From NCBI GenBank assembly GCA_965202585.1, contig OZ241830.1, positions 70,122,001-70,186,000 on the forward strand: DNA of 64,000 nt, given 5' to 3'. The notes below the pieces were generated by a model. The model made no database searches and had not been told where the DNA came from. It saw nothing but the letters and a program-made list of their open reading frames with translations. Of the stretch, positions 27,601-39,422 are shown one piece after another. This stretch comes from Thalia democratica. Taxonomy: Eukaryota. The position numbers were made by a program, and so were the translations under genes. Numbering within the stretch: position 1 is the first letter of the stretch; each line of letters opens with the position of its first letter.

Positions 27601-30600
27601 GCAAATTACTTCATGGGAACATTGGAAAAAAAAATCTCTTTAACACCGAAGATGAAAATAATCCAGTTTTATACCTTCGATATGTCGACGACATATTCTG
27701 TATCTTCCGAAAAGATGTTTCATTCGAAAAATTCCACAAAAAGTTAAATAAACTACATAAGTCTATCAACTTCACATATGAATTAGGTGGAAATGAACTC
27801 CCATTTTTGGACATTAACATCAAACTAAAGAGAGAGGAAATAACAACAAAGGTACACAAAAAAGAAATTGATACAGATGTCATTTAAAATTTTAGTGTAG
27901 TGGCACCAATTAAATGGAAAGAGCTCTAATACTGTGGTTTGTAAACAGATCAAGAATTATAGCTTCTACGCATAACATTTACAAACAAGAAATCACAAAC
28001 TTAAAAGAAAAATTCTTTAAAAATGGTTATCCAAAGAAATTTGTTGATGACATAATTGAAAGTTCTCTTAATATTAATAAAGACTGCACTAAGCAAAAAC
28101 TAAGTAACTCTGACTTCAAAAATATTGTAAAGGTACCTTATATTGGAAAACCTAGTATCGAGTATAAAAAGAAACTAGAAAAGCTTCTAAACAATTACAT
28201 CGAAGACTTCAAAGTAATTTTTACCACAACAAAAGTAAGCAATTACTTCAGTAATAAAGATAAGACACATCATGAATTAAAATCAAACGTGGTCTATAAG
28301 TATAAATGCTCTTATGATAAGAGTATCTAGTATGTTAGATTCACTTTACGACCATTAATAGAAAGAAATAAAGAACATTTAAAAGGCAAAACATCTGTAT
28401 CGGACCATATAAGCAATTGTAATATTTGTAAAAATTAAAAAATAGCTGTTAATAATTTTGGAACTTTGAAAGAATGTAGAAATAAATTTGAGACCCTGAT
28501 AAATGAAGCTATACTAATTAAACGATATAATCCAATTTAAAAAAACAATTAATTAAACTGGATATTACCCATACATTAAGAATTTTTGATTAGTTTGATA
28601 TATATTAGTTTAACAATTTGTTAGTATTTATGTAAAATATTATTTTAATATAGTTTATAACCTTAATTTATAAAATTTTTATATAATGTATCACTTAAAA
28701 AATTTTTGTATACTGAGTTGTTTATCACTAATTTTAGTTATTTTTGCACAGTATTTTGTTGATAATGACTAATGAAAAGTCAAAACGTCGTCATGCGAAT
28801 AAATTATAAACTTAGAATGTGTTTCTTATTGAATTGGTATTTTGATGAAAATGTTTAACGTATTAATAAAATATAACTTTAGTTTTAAATAAACATATTA
28901 GAACCAAGCTTAAAAATTTGTTAGGTTTTAGTTAGATTCACAGTTTGATAAAATAAGCACAATAACAATTAAATTACTGACTACTTTTATACAAATTGTG
29001 TATTATTTTTTAACATTTGGTTTCAGCTCTTTATTGTCATTAAGTTAATTCACGCTCGCCTTTGCAAGACTTGTGGTAGTATGTTACAAGTTTCAAACAA
29101 GTGCTTTGCGTTCAAAGAGATCAAACCACTATTGTGACGTAACAACAGAACAGGAAACTCGAGTGCGCTCAGTGGAGTGTGTCAATCATTAATAAATGCC
29201 GGTTGTTGCTAGGCAACCTCGCTACAAATAGGGGAGGAGCAATTAAAAGGTTCCGATCTCACACACGAACCTGACGTCGGCCGACAAGCAACTTGCGACG
29301 TCGAATTGAGGCTTGTCTCTGTCTCAATTGCCCCTTGCCGAACTTTGAAATACTAAACAAATGTCTTGCTATACTCATACCGTATCATCACTTATATAAA
29401 AATGATATTCATAAAACTCAAGTTGTTATTTGAAGTGATACAAATTAAAAGTTTTGTTTACAAGTTGTAATGCTGAAAACATACCTGATTCAATGTAAAA
29501 TTTATGACGTCATAACCAACACCGAAGGCTACTTAGCAAAGAAGTGTCAACACTTAACTAATATTTGACAAATTCATTTTCTCTTAGAAACAGTTTGATT
29601 CATGATGTTTGTGATACTACCATATTTCCAATTAGAATGCGTAAAGATATTTATGTGACAATAGATGGTGGTTGCTTATAGGCTGCTGTTACTTTGTCGC
29701 TTGCAGTGGTCGCTTTTGGTATAAAGTCAAAATATCAGTTAACACAGCTTTAGTTAAATATAGAACACAGTCAAATGTAAACTTATACAAACATAGTTCA
29801 AAACTGTAAAAATATGTAAAAGTATTTTCATTATCATTCAAACAACCATAAACATCATTTTACAAAATTATGTTACTTAATTTTTATGAGAGTATTTCTG
29901 TGATATTTTAGACATAATTTAATTAAAGGAAAACTATAAACCATAAAGCATAAACACGCTAATAAGCAAAGTGATGAAAAGCATAAAACTTTCAGTTTTG
30001 ATATTTTAGGACACTGAGAATATTAATAAAATAAGTTTAGTAATGTTTGCATAGCTAATTACAAGTTGAGAAAAAAAAACTGTTTTTCTTTTGTACTTAC
30101 AGCCTCTAAAACAATCAATAAACGGTTTTTGATTTGCAAGCTGACTGCCGTCGGAAATTCAAATGACGTCACTCCAAATGACTCAATGTCTGCTAAAGGT
30201 CGTAAGTTCAAGTTTACGAAGTTTTCCCATATGCTAGTTTTGCGATGGTGTAATCAATAGAGTGGTGATTGATTGAAAAACAGTGTTTCTTAATAGTGTA
30301 TGCAACTGATTAAGATTCGTTTATTAGTTTTCGTGCTTTTTAAAAAATCAAAAAACAAACGACAACTGATACACTAATACAACATACTCGAACGAAATTA
30401 AAAATCTGAAAAACTTTTTAAGGATTTGCCTTAAGTTACTACAATTAGTTATACTTCTAAATTACCGAAATTATATAGGAAAAGCCGCGAAGTAACAGGA
30501 TTTTAATAACAACATAAAGTACAAGAAATAGCGGTTTTTATCTGCTTGTGTCGCGACAGCCGACATATGTTATCCACTGCAAATAACTCTGCTTACTTAT

Positions 30601-33600
30601 CACTGATTCTACATGTCTTATTTTTCCTACTTAACCGAGCTTTGATTTTTTTACATTAAAAATTTTACAAAGCTTTGGAAAATTTCAGGTAGAAAAATGC
30701 GCATGTTGTAAAACATAAGCATTTTTTTTCTTATTTCTTATTATTCAAGGACTTACTTATTTTAAGAATCAAACCATGGCCCAAAAAACACCTTTGATTA
30801 TAAATGGTTTGTTTTCATGTCCAAGACTAATGGATATTTGATTAGTTATTCAATAAAACTTTAAAAAGAACAGCCTTAACTCAAGTCTCGTTATGACGTC
30901 ATAATAGCTGTTGAGGTCAGCTTCCAAGTTGTAATGCGGATCACGTCACATCAGTAAGATTAATTTCTTTTGATCCGGACTTCGACAATTCGCCAAACTG
31001 TATAAACATACAACGGCAAAAAAAAATAATTAGGCTAAATTTGCACTTCAAAACTAAAATTACTTTAACAAGAACTTATTAATTATCAACTTGATGAAAA
31101 TTTACAGAGTTTTTTTGAATTAGTTGTTACTAACAGTATTAAAACCTAAGCTTTTCGATATATTCTTAAAGGTAATATAACACCCACTAAGTCTATTAAA
31201 TAACGCTTAAAACTTTATTAACTGAACTATAGAACGTCGTTTAATTAAAAAATAAAAATATTGATTTGATGGATTTTCCTATAATTAGTTATTTTTTGTA
31301 CAAAAATTATATATTTTTACATTGTGTCTATAAAACAGCAATTTTAATATCAGTTTACGAAACGCTTTAGCTTTTATACTTGTAATTAAAGCTTTTTAAT
31401 AGCAATTTTATTGCTTTTTTTTTATTAAAGAAAAATTAAGTTTAATTATTCAAGGTATACTATCTGCATGTTTGATATTTACAACTAACTTTAAAATTAG
31501 TTCTTTTATTTTTGTTTTTCAGCTTATTTGCGCCAAAATGCGCAAAGTGCAAACTTGGACTGGTCAAAGGGGATTTAATGATGACCGTCAGAAATAAAAA
31601 GTACCATGTTCAGTGTTTTAGGTTAGTAAGAACAATTAAAAAATATTACAATCTATGTTTTGTAACCCATAAAACAGTCAAAACTTCAGTAACGTGCACA
31701 TTGTTATAAAAGTAAACACTAACCAGAATCAAATGATTTCAAAACAAAACTGTTTGAAACTGGTTTTTGTTTTGTGTTAAACCAAGTATATATAATTATT
31801 ATTCATGTTGTTTTGCATACATGACATTTAAATGACAGTAATTAATAAAAGTTCTTTGCTATCAAACAGGTGTTACGCCTGTCACAATCAACTGATACCA
31901 GGAGATTCATTCGTGTGTAACGAAGATGGAAGCATCTACTGCATTAAAGATTATGAAAGAATTTTCAACAAAATAACAGATGACAGCAGTATTTTTGGTG
32001 AGCGATCTTTAATTTGTACTCATACATTATACAGTTTATTTGGATAAAATATTTAAACTTTGCATGTTAATTGTAATTAATTTTATGTACATTAACATAG
32101 TTATCACCGCTTTTTGATGTTTTATGATTAGAAAAAACGTTTAGCAAAAAGGGTGTTTAGTTCAGAATTTAATGACAGTTGAACAGAATTGTTATATTTT
32201 TAAGAGTTTGTCCTCTGCAAAAAAAAAAGTAAAGTAACTTAGATTTACTTATGAAATTAAAAGACTTTCTAACTATTTTTTATAGATAATTTAACTTTAA
32301 ATCCAGTTTAGGGACATGCTACTAAAATACTTTAGCCATTAAGTAAGGGTTTATGCAACTTTAACATCAAAATTACCGCTTCAACCACTCGTTTACCTCT
32401 AATGCATGAGATATTAGAAGCTGAAGAATAAATCATTCATGCGTATAAAGTCCCAACAACTGCCGGCTACTGTGCGTTAATTGGATAATCCGTGTTATTT
32501 AACCTCGCACAAACAACCTTCACACATTATAATCTCATCATTTTTTCCGTAAAAAAAATTGATGAGATTAGTAAGTGCGAGGTTATTTGTGCGAGATGCG
32601 CTTTTAATACCTCTTTGATAGTTGAAACACGTTAGTGTTAAGAACTATTGGCTCTTTCATGTTTTCATTTTTCTTGTTTTTTATTATCCGATTTAACTTG
32701 CGATAATGCAATATTAATTCTTGGCTGTATTGATACCGTTGCTTTGCTTATTAAAGGATCTCATTATATTTTTTAATCACGATGTTTGTGAAAATTTACT
32801 ATAAATAGCTGCGGTAAATAAATTCGACAAAAGTTTTAAAATTTTTATCTCAAAGTTTGGTAAAAAAAGCTACAAAATTGTTATTTCATTTAGAACTTGT
32901 AAAGATGCAAATTAAGTCAATAATTTAGGTACGTTTAAAATTAATAGTAGCTCTTATAATTTTTTTTTACTCATATAGTTCTATTAGTTGTTTTATTTTG
33001 ATAATTTTCGAACAAAAATGTTTTTGTTTTTTTAGATAAAGTTTAAAACTTTATTTTGTTTCAATACCTAAAATCGAAGGATTGATTATTATGCAACTCA
33101 CACAAGTGTGACCAAACAAAAGCTGACAGCTTATTTTTAAATATTCATTAAAATAACTGAATGTTATATGAAAAGACTTCAGCTGTCATTCTTTAAATTC
33201 ATCTTAAGTTCCATAGTAAGTTTTTCTCGTGAAACCGTAATTTAAGTATTAAAACGACTATAAACTCACCTGCTAAGGCAGAAGGTTTGCAAAAAAGTCA
33301 TTTAACCTCATTAACTGCCGCAGTTAATAAAATGGGCATTATCGGAGATTTGGATAAACTTAAAATTACTTATACAGACGGTTGAATATTTTGCTTTGTG
33401 CTAGTGAAAAAATATATATCCTTAGTTTCTAATAGTTTTGTTTACAAAAATATTTTTTTAAATAATTACAGAGTATTTTAGAATACAAAAAAAGTTCTTA
33501 ATTTTGCTAAAGTATATGTCAAAATATATTTTAAGTTTTATACTGATCATAACATGCTTTAATCATCAGACGCCATTTTCTACGTAAAATAAGTTGAGGT

Positions 33601-36600
33601 AGTATGCACTGGTTCTTCTGTTTTTTAAACTAATTTTAAATATTTTTTTAGTTGTCGGACATCCTTTTTTATAATAACAGTTTTATAGTGCTTTTACGAC
33701 AGACAGTTAGTTTTATAATGCTTTGATTTAACTTCTTTCTTATTTTAACAAAATAACTTGTTTTATAAAATTACCTACGGAAAAAATCATAAAAAATTAT
33801 CTCAAGTTAAAGTTTATAGACTGTTTCATAGTTACCTAAACTCAAACTAGTAAAAATTTGCAGACGCTTATACGGGCGATATAATGCCAGGACAGAACAT
33901 CAACTCAGATCACTCAGGTTGCATTAACAGGGGAGGACACATCGGCAAGGAATCAGGACACTCAGCAAGATCGAACAAGAACAAGGGGAAGACGACGAGA
34001 CAGAGGACGGTGCTAAACGAGAAGCAGCTGACGGTGCTGCACACCTTCTACGAGAACAACTGCAGACCCGACGCCATCATGAAGGAGCAGCTGACCACGA
34101 TGACGGGACTTCCTCAAAGAGTCATCAGGGTGTGGTTCCAGAACAAGCGGTGCAAGGACAAGAAGATCGCTATGAAGCAGCAGCAGGAGCAGAAGATGAG
34201 GAACGGCGAAGGAGGAAGGCAGCAGGATTGTGGGCAGCAAAAGCAGCAGGTTAGCTTGTTTAATGTTAATTTTAAAAATAAGTAGTTAATTATATTTAAA
34301 ATTGTAAAGCGTTGTAAAATTATAAGTTTATTTTGCTAATACGTTTATACTCTATAAATAACAATTAGCTAGGAAGGTTAAAGTCATTACGAAAAGTTTA
34401 TATTTATTTTAAAATGTGTTGGAAATCAAATAAATATTATTATTCTAATTGCTAAGCATTACCCATACTTTTTATCTATGAAATTATTAAATTTGTATTT
34501 GTTTAATATATTTTTATTAAAACTGTCTTTGTCAAAATTTTAATTAATAGAAATAATAAAACGGTTACTTGAAATGTTTAAACTTTTATTCACTAATAAG
34601 AATTAAATAAGTTTTACTGCTATTTAATGTTCGTACCATATAAGCCTTTTATTTTTAACTTGAACAAGTAACAGACTCTTTTAATCATTACGCTTTAATT
34701 GCAAAGCTAACTGTAACTGCAAAGTATTATATTCTTTTCAACTACTTATATTCATGTATAATGTTATTTTCATATATACACCATGATACTTAATGTTAAA
34801 TTATTAATAAAAAAATCACATAAACTTGTATAATTATTATAAAACGAGGTTGTACAGAACTTTAAATCACGACAACTATTTATGTAAGAATGAAAATGTT
34901 TACGATCGTTGCTGCTAATAAAGCAGATATATCCTATTTTAACTAGAACTAGAACTACTTTTGTTTTATGTAAATTGGATTTCGAATTTTATACTTAAAT
35001 TCTTAAAACCTTATTGACAAAATAAACTGTAAAAATATTTTTGGTTTAAAACGATTATTTGAAATTTTTATATTAATGACACTAGAACTAAGAAATTAAG
35101 AATTGTTTGCTTTGACAACAATATAAACTTTTGTTTTATTAAATAAAATTGAGCATATTTATATTATTTACACAGACATATATGTATTGATGCTCTATTT
35201 AGCATACTTTTAATAAAAATAATCATCCAACCCAAAAACTTTAGTTTTAAAAATTTACTGTAATTTAAAGGCCTAGTTTACACTTTTACGACTTTTCTTC
35301 ACTTTATATATCATAAAGCTGTCGTGCACTTGTAAATGTTTATCAGAATTATCGATTTCAGTCAATATATGAGCAAAGTAACAAACTTTAAACAACTTGA
35401 TGTCGACCCCTGAACTTGACAAAACTCACCCATGTAGAAAATACATTTCAAGCAGTTTTTATTTTACTCATTGATATTCAACACAAGAGTATTATGACGT
35501 CATTAACCAATGTACTTCGCAAATTGCACATTTAGATATAGCTTTATTTATTTAATGCTTTTGTCTTAAAATAGCTAATCATCTATAATCTGAAAAAGTT
35601 TGTGCTTGATTAATTTTTTCTTTAATTAATTAGTATAGTAGATTGTAAGCAGAAAAACTAAATATTAAAAAAAGACCAACTAAACCGAGTGCGCCTAAAC
35701 TATTGAAAGTTTGGCTTAAACTTGAATTAGTTTAGAAAACAGTTTTTTGTATGTATTGATTATTGAACAGCAAAAAAACGCTCAGATTGGGCCTAAAACT
35801 TGGTGTACGATAAAACCATTTCGGTTTTCGAGTCGCACACTACTTGGATACAGTTTAACGTCATTTCCAGTACAATGAATAAGTCAATTGTAAATAAAGT
35901 AACTTATTTTCATTATAACGTTTTTTTTATGTTAAAGTTACTCTCTATATAGATTAATATTTTTGTATAAAGGTTTCCATTAACATTTTTCCAATAACTT
36001 CAAAATATATGAAATTTTTACTTCAGGTTTAAAGTTTGCTATGATTATAAATGTTTCAACAAAACAAATTAAACTGTGTTAAAATATTTTTGTATCAAGT
36101 GGTTAACTTGTAAAATACACAAATTTTCAAACATGTTGTTTAAAAAAAAACTTTAAATCCTTATATATTAAGATTTTCAGCTTAAAACTAAATTCATACT
36201 CTGAACAACATTTTGTTGGTCGTTAAATTCAAATGTTAAAAGTTTACGCAAAAAACATAAAACTAAAAGGATTCTTTTATTTTTGGTAAGAAAAGAGCTC
36301 GTACTTGAATATATTTGAAGGACTGGTTATTAAGTATTAACGTAATTATGAAAAATCACATCCATTTGAGTTACCATGACGATGGTTGCCTTATCTTAAG
36401 ACGCTCCTCAGGGAAATTTTTGCTATGGAAACGTTGTGACACTTAACTGTCACTCCGTGCTAAAGTATCATCCTGTGCTAAAGTGACGCCGTGCTAAAGT
36501 GTCACTCCGTGCTAAAGTGTCACCCCGTGTTAAAGTGTCACACCGTGCTAAATTGTCACTTTGTGTTAAAATGTCACCCGTGCTTTTGTGACCCGTTCCT

Positions 36601-39422
36601 ATTTAAAAAGTGGCTTACCGAATATCTTTGTAAGCTTAAAATATCAACATTGATCAAAACCTTATTTGTTTTGCTGATAAATTTATCTGATAATAATAAA
36701 ATATTCAGTAATTATAATGAGAACCGACTTGAGAACATTTAATTAAAGATAACAAAGTTTTATTAAAAATAGACAACAAAACTAAAAGAACTTGAAAAAA
36801 AGTTAAAAAAGGTAAATGAGAAAATTTGTGTATTTAAAGATACTTTTAGATTTTTTTTAAGGCTTCAAGTTAAGTTACTTCTGCTTATCTTTTTTACATC
36901 TAAGTCTGTACAACTTAAAAATAACAAGTATCTGTCTTAAAAAAGCATTCAATCAAAAGGAAAACAGAGTAAAGGAAGTCGTTGTTTTATGTTTAATTGA
37001 CTAGTGTATGAAAAAAGTGGCTGAAAAAAAGCTGTAATGCTACAAAAACCGGAAAAGAGCTGCTCTAATTGTTTGTTGGCATCGAAGGTTGAGTAAGGTT
37101 GGCCATTGAACCTGCTTAAATATTTATGAAGGCATCGATCAATGTGAAATATCTGGGATGCTGATTTTTTACTTGGATTAGTGACAAGCCACGCTTGACC
37201 TTTTCGCCTTTATCCACCTTTTCTACACTTTGCAAACAAAAAGAGGCATGTTATCAATTATTAATTTGAACTTATCACATGCAATCTGCCTATTCAGTAT
37301 GTTTTGAATAAATATCTGATAAGTGAAGTGTGTTGTGCATCTTTAACTTAAGTAGCTTGTCAACATAAAGTACTATCTCTTCAGTTTTGATAAAAAGCAC
37401 TTTTCTTTCACAAGTTTTATTTCAACTATGTATGATTAGACAAACCAGTAATACTTCGTTAAGGAAAATTCTATCTAAATTCTTTAAACTTTTCTTTTTT
37501 GGATATAGAGACTACATTTAAATGGAAATGCTTAATTAAATAGTATTTGGGTAGTTTGCTGTACTAAACGTTTTTATACCTTTTTAGCCATGAAACTTTA
37601 CATTATTTTTTTTGTATTTTTCCTGCATTTCTATGAGCGAGTGACTTCTGACTTGTTTATTAAATTAGTATAATTAAAAACGCATGAAAAATTCAACGCA
37701 TAAGACGTCAGAAAGAAGCTTCAGAAAGCTTTCAGGCATTACAATAGTACAAAAAATATTAAATTTTTTTATTTAACAAATTTAATTTTTTCACTCACAA
37801 TTCCCTGTTGTAGATCATGGCGTGATTTGTTGTAATTTTTCTAATGATACTTACGCTTATCAGTATAAATGCAACAACTACTAAAGGAAAAATTATTATA
37901 AAGGTCAGACCTTTTTCAAGTTTTTTAAAATAATTGTTTTTATAATTTAAATTATTTTATAAAACAAACTTTGGTGAATAGCTTTGATAACATTGGTATG
38001 ATTGTTAATTTTAGTTATTAAATGTGTATTTAATGTTTAATTAAAGTTAGCTAACAAAACACGAAAACAAAAGTTATAAAAACATTTTGTCTAAGGACCT
38101 GATGTACAAAAATATTTTTCGGTCATCAAGTCGTTCGCCACAAACGCACAATATAACCATTTTCTAAATAATTTCAAATAAAATATATTGTCGATAAATT
38201 TAACTACAAAAATAAATTAAAAAACAATTTTATAGTTTTTTCAAGGTAGTGTCTAACTAATTTTTATATAAACACCTGTCTAAAATCATTTGAAAAATTA
38301 CTGCTTATTAATAAAAAGCGCTTTGTAATAAACAAGAGCGTTGAGGCTGGTAGTGTTTGAGATCAGTTTTTGAGCCTGAAATCTACATCACATAGTATGA
38401 AATCCGAATTATTTTATTACGGTGACGTCATAACCTTAAGTAGATTACGAACAAGTTCGTTGCGTGTCTTTGGAAATCAGCTACAAAGTTTTGATCAACG
38501 CGAAGAATATAACTGGTATCGATTGTAAAGCTATCAATCAATTATTCATTTCACAGTCAATTGAGCCATTTTAAAGTTGTATGAGTTTTAATTAGGTTTA
38601 ATGCTGGTTTTTTAATACTTAAAAGCGGAAAGATCATTGTTTGAAAAGTAGTGTAATACGAAAAAACAGTACTTAAAATTAAGTATGGTATATATTAAAC
38701 AAATCTTCTTTAAAATTCTATAACTAATTTTAGAAAGAAGCGTACAACTCAAACGACGGACGAAATGCTACAAACCAAAATTTCAACAGCCGAGATCAAA
38801 TTTCTAGCAATTTCACTGACATCAACATTGACCAAACAAATTACCAGAATCGACACCAACCGGCTTGGAAGGCGCTGAGTGATTTCGCATTGCAGAGCGA
38901 AATTGAAAAACCCCCTTTTCGGCAGCTAGTAAGTATTTGTTATGAAATACTATTTAAAAAATAAAAACAATCACTACTTATTGTTTGTACTAGCTATTTA
39001 AGTAATTAGGTTAGTTGAAGTTTTTATTATATATTCTTACTATATTATTAAAACTACTTTTCAATTTAATTAATGAATTGTTTAAAGTAGTTGAAATTGT
39101 ATCAGTTTTTGTTTATCTTGTGTTTAACTGCCTATTTACTTTAAAAAATAGTTTTTAAAAATGTTTAAACTGAGAATTTTTGAGCAATATAGTTTTGATT
39201 TGTAATGCCATCTCCGCAACCTATTAATAAATTATTATTCTAACTTTATCAATTCCATTTTTTTTTCAGGTAAGCAACTTCTCGGATCAGACTCCCTCTT
39301 CGATTTCTGATTATTCGGAGGTTTGCAGCATCCCCTCCGTATCCTCCCAAAGCTACGATCTCTCCGCAATCTCCTGCGCCAATTATCTCCACAACGATTC
39401 CTCACAAACCATTTGCAGCTAA
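24305..39422 (+). CDS. isl: Islet-class LIM-homeodomain transcription factor (copy B), 7 coding exons: 24305-24602, 25100-25283, 31523-31621, 31870-31997, 33864-34249, 38734-38928, 39270-39422; 1443 nt = 480 aa + stop
   Basis: All introns are GT-AG with matching phases (1,2,2,1,0,0) and the joined frame is open. It encodes two LIM domains, homeodomain [13 protein letters not shown]...[15 protein letters not shown] and the Islet-specific [28 protein letters not shown] motif. The start codon is inferred. Confidence 0.95.
25100..25283 (+). CDS. isl: Islet B exon 2 (LIM1)
   Basis: ctttag acceptor; CMSC...[11 protein letters not shown]...[14 protein letters not shown]; donor CA|gtttgt. Confidence 0.93.
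26935..28810 (+). mobile_element. Decayed, 5'-truncated Penelope-like retroelement (RT plus GIY-YIG endonuclease) in Islet B intron 2
   Basis: DKGNG (26953), ISFDVV-x-[23 protein letters not shown] (27681, frameshifted), VVYKYKC...RPLIER..EH GIY-YIG region, EAILIK..NP; multiple stops and frameshifts; AATAAA at 28798. Confidence 0.9.
28759..28790 (+). ncRNA. Degenerate minimal hammerhead-ribozyme-like motif at the 3' end of the Penelope-like element
   Basis: ttgataatg-act-aatgaaa-agt-caaaac-gtc resembles the CTGANGA-stem II-GAAAC core; catalytic positions are mutated. Confidence 0.4.
29195..29341 (+). other. Highly conserved non-coding element E8, copy 2 (Islet B intron 2)
   Basis: GC-rich island with X-box GTTGCTAGGCAAC at 29205-29217, palindromes GTCGGCCGAC and CGACGTCG, and complementary ends. 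Confidence 0.9.
31523..31621 (+). CDS. isl: Islet B exon 3 (LIM2, first half)
   Basis: tttttcag acceptor; LFAPKCAKC...YHVQCF; donor AG|gttagt. Confidence 0.93.
31870..31997 (+). CDS. isl: Islet B exon 4 (LIM2, second half)
   Basis: aacag acceptor; [15 protein letters not shown]...YCIKDY; donor G|gtgagc. Confidence 0.93.
32500..32585. repeat. Nested inverted repeat in Islet B intron 4
   Basis: taacctcgcac/gtgcgaggtta (11 bp) encloses taatctcatca/tgatgagatta (11 bp) plus a T6/A6 stem and a ccgt loop. Confidence 0.75.
33864..34249 (+). CDS. isl: Islet B exon 5 (homeodomain and Gln-rich tail)
   Basis: tttgcag acceptor in frame with ORF 33884; Islet-type homeodomain; donor CAG|gttagc. Confidence 0.96.
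36448..36595 (+). repeat. Tandem repeat, about 8 units of 18 bp (consensus tgtcacYccgtgctaaag), in Islet B intron 5
   Basis: Directly visible periodicity; it explains the VLKCH-repeat ORF at 36491. Confidence 0.9.
38734..38928 (+). CDS. isl: Islet B exon 6 (contains the conserved Lhx3-binding-domain motif)
   Basis: Not in the ORF track. ttttag acceptor; KEAYNSND...[23 protein letters not shown]; donor gtaagt. Confidence 0.93.
39270..39422 (+). CDS. isl: Islet B exon 7 (terminal)
   Basis: Not in the ORF track. tttttttcag acceptor; [11 protein letters not shown]...TICS then TAA. Confidence 0.9.
   Translation, partial: VSNFSDQTPSSISDYSEVCSIPSVSSQSYDLSAISCANYLHNDSSQTICS

Noticed and set aside
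27611-27883. 90-aa minus-strand ORF
   Set aside because: Antisense to the decayed Penelope-like RT
29231-29339. E8 core as a MITE or a tRNA/Pol III gene
   Set aside because: All three copies share the same flanks (segmental duplication, not transposition); no cloverleaf or convincing A/B boxes
34013-34240. 75-aa Leu-rich minus-strand ORF
   Set aside because: By-product of the high GC3 and CAG codons of the homeodomain exon
36448-36742. VLKCH-repeat ORF or CRISPR-like array
   Set aside because: Head-to-tail 18-bp units with no spacers in a eukaryotic intron; the ORF is a consequence of the repeat
39262-39276. cag|GTAAGC at the last acceptor, resembling a recursive splice site
   Set aside because: The GT is forced by a conserved Val codon; paralog A has GTGACT, so the donor-like motif is not conserved
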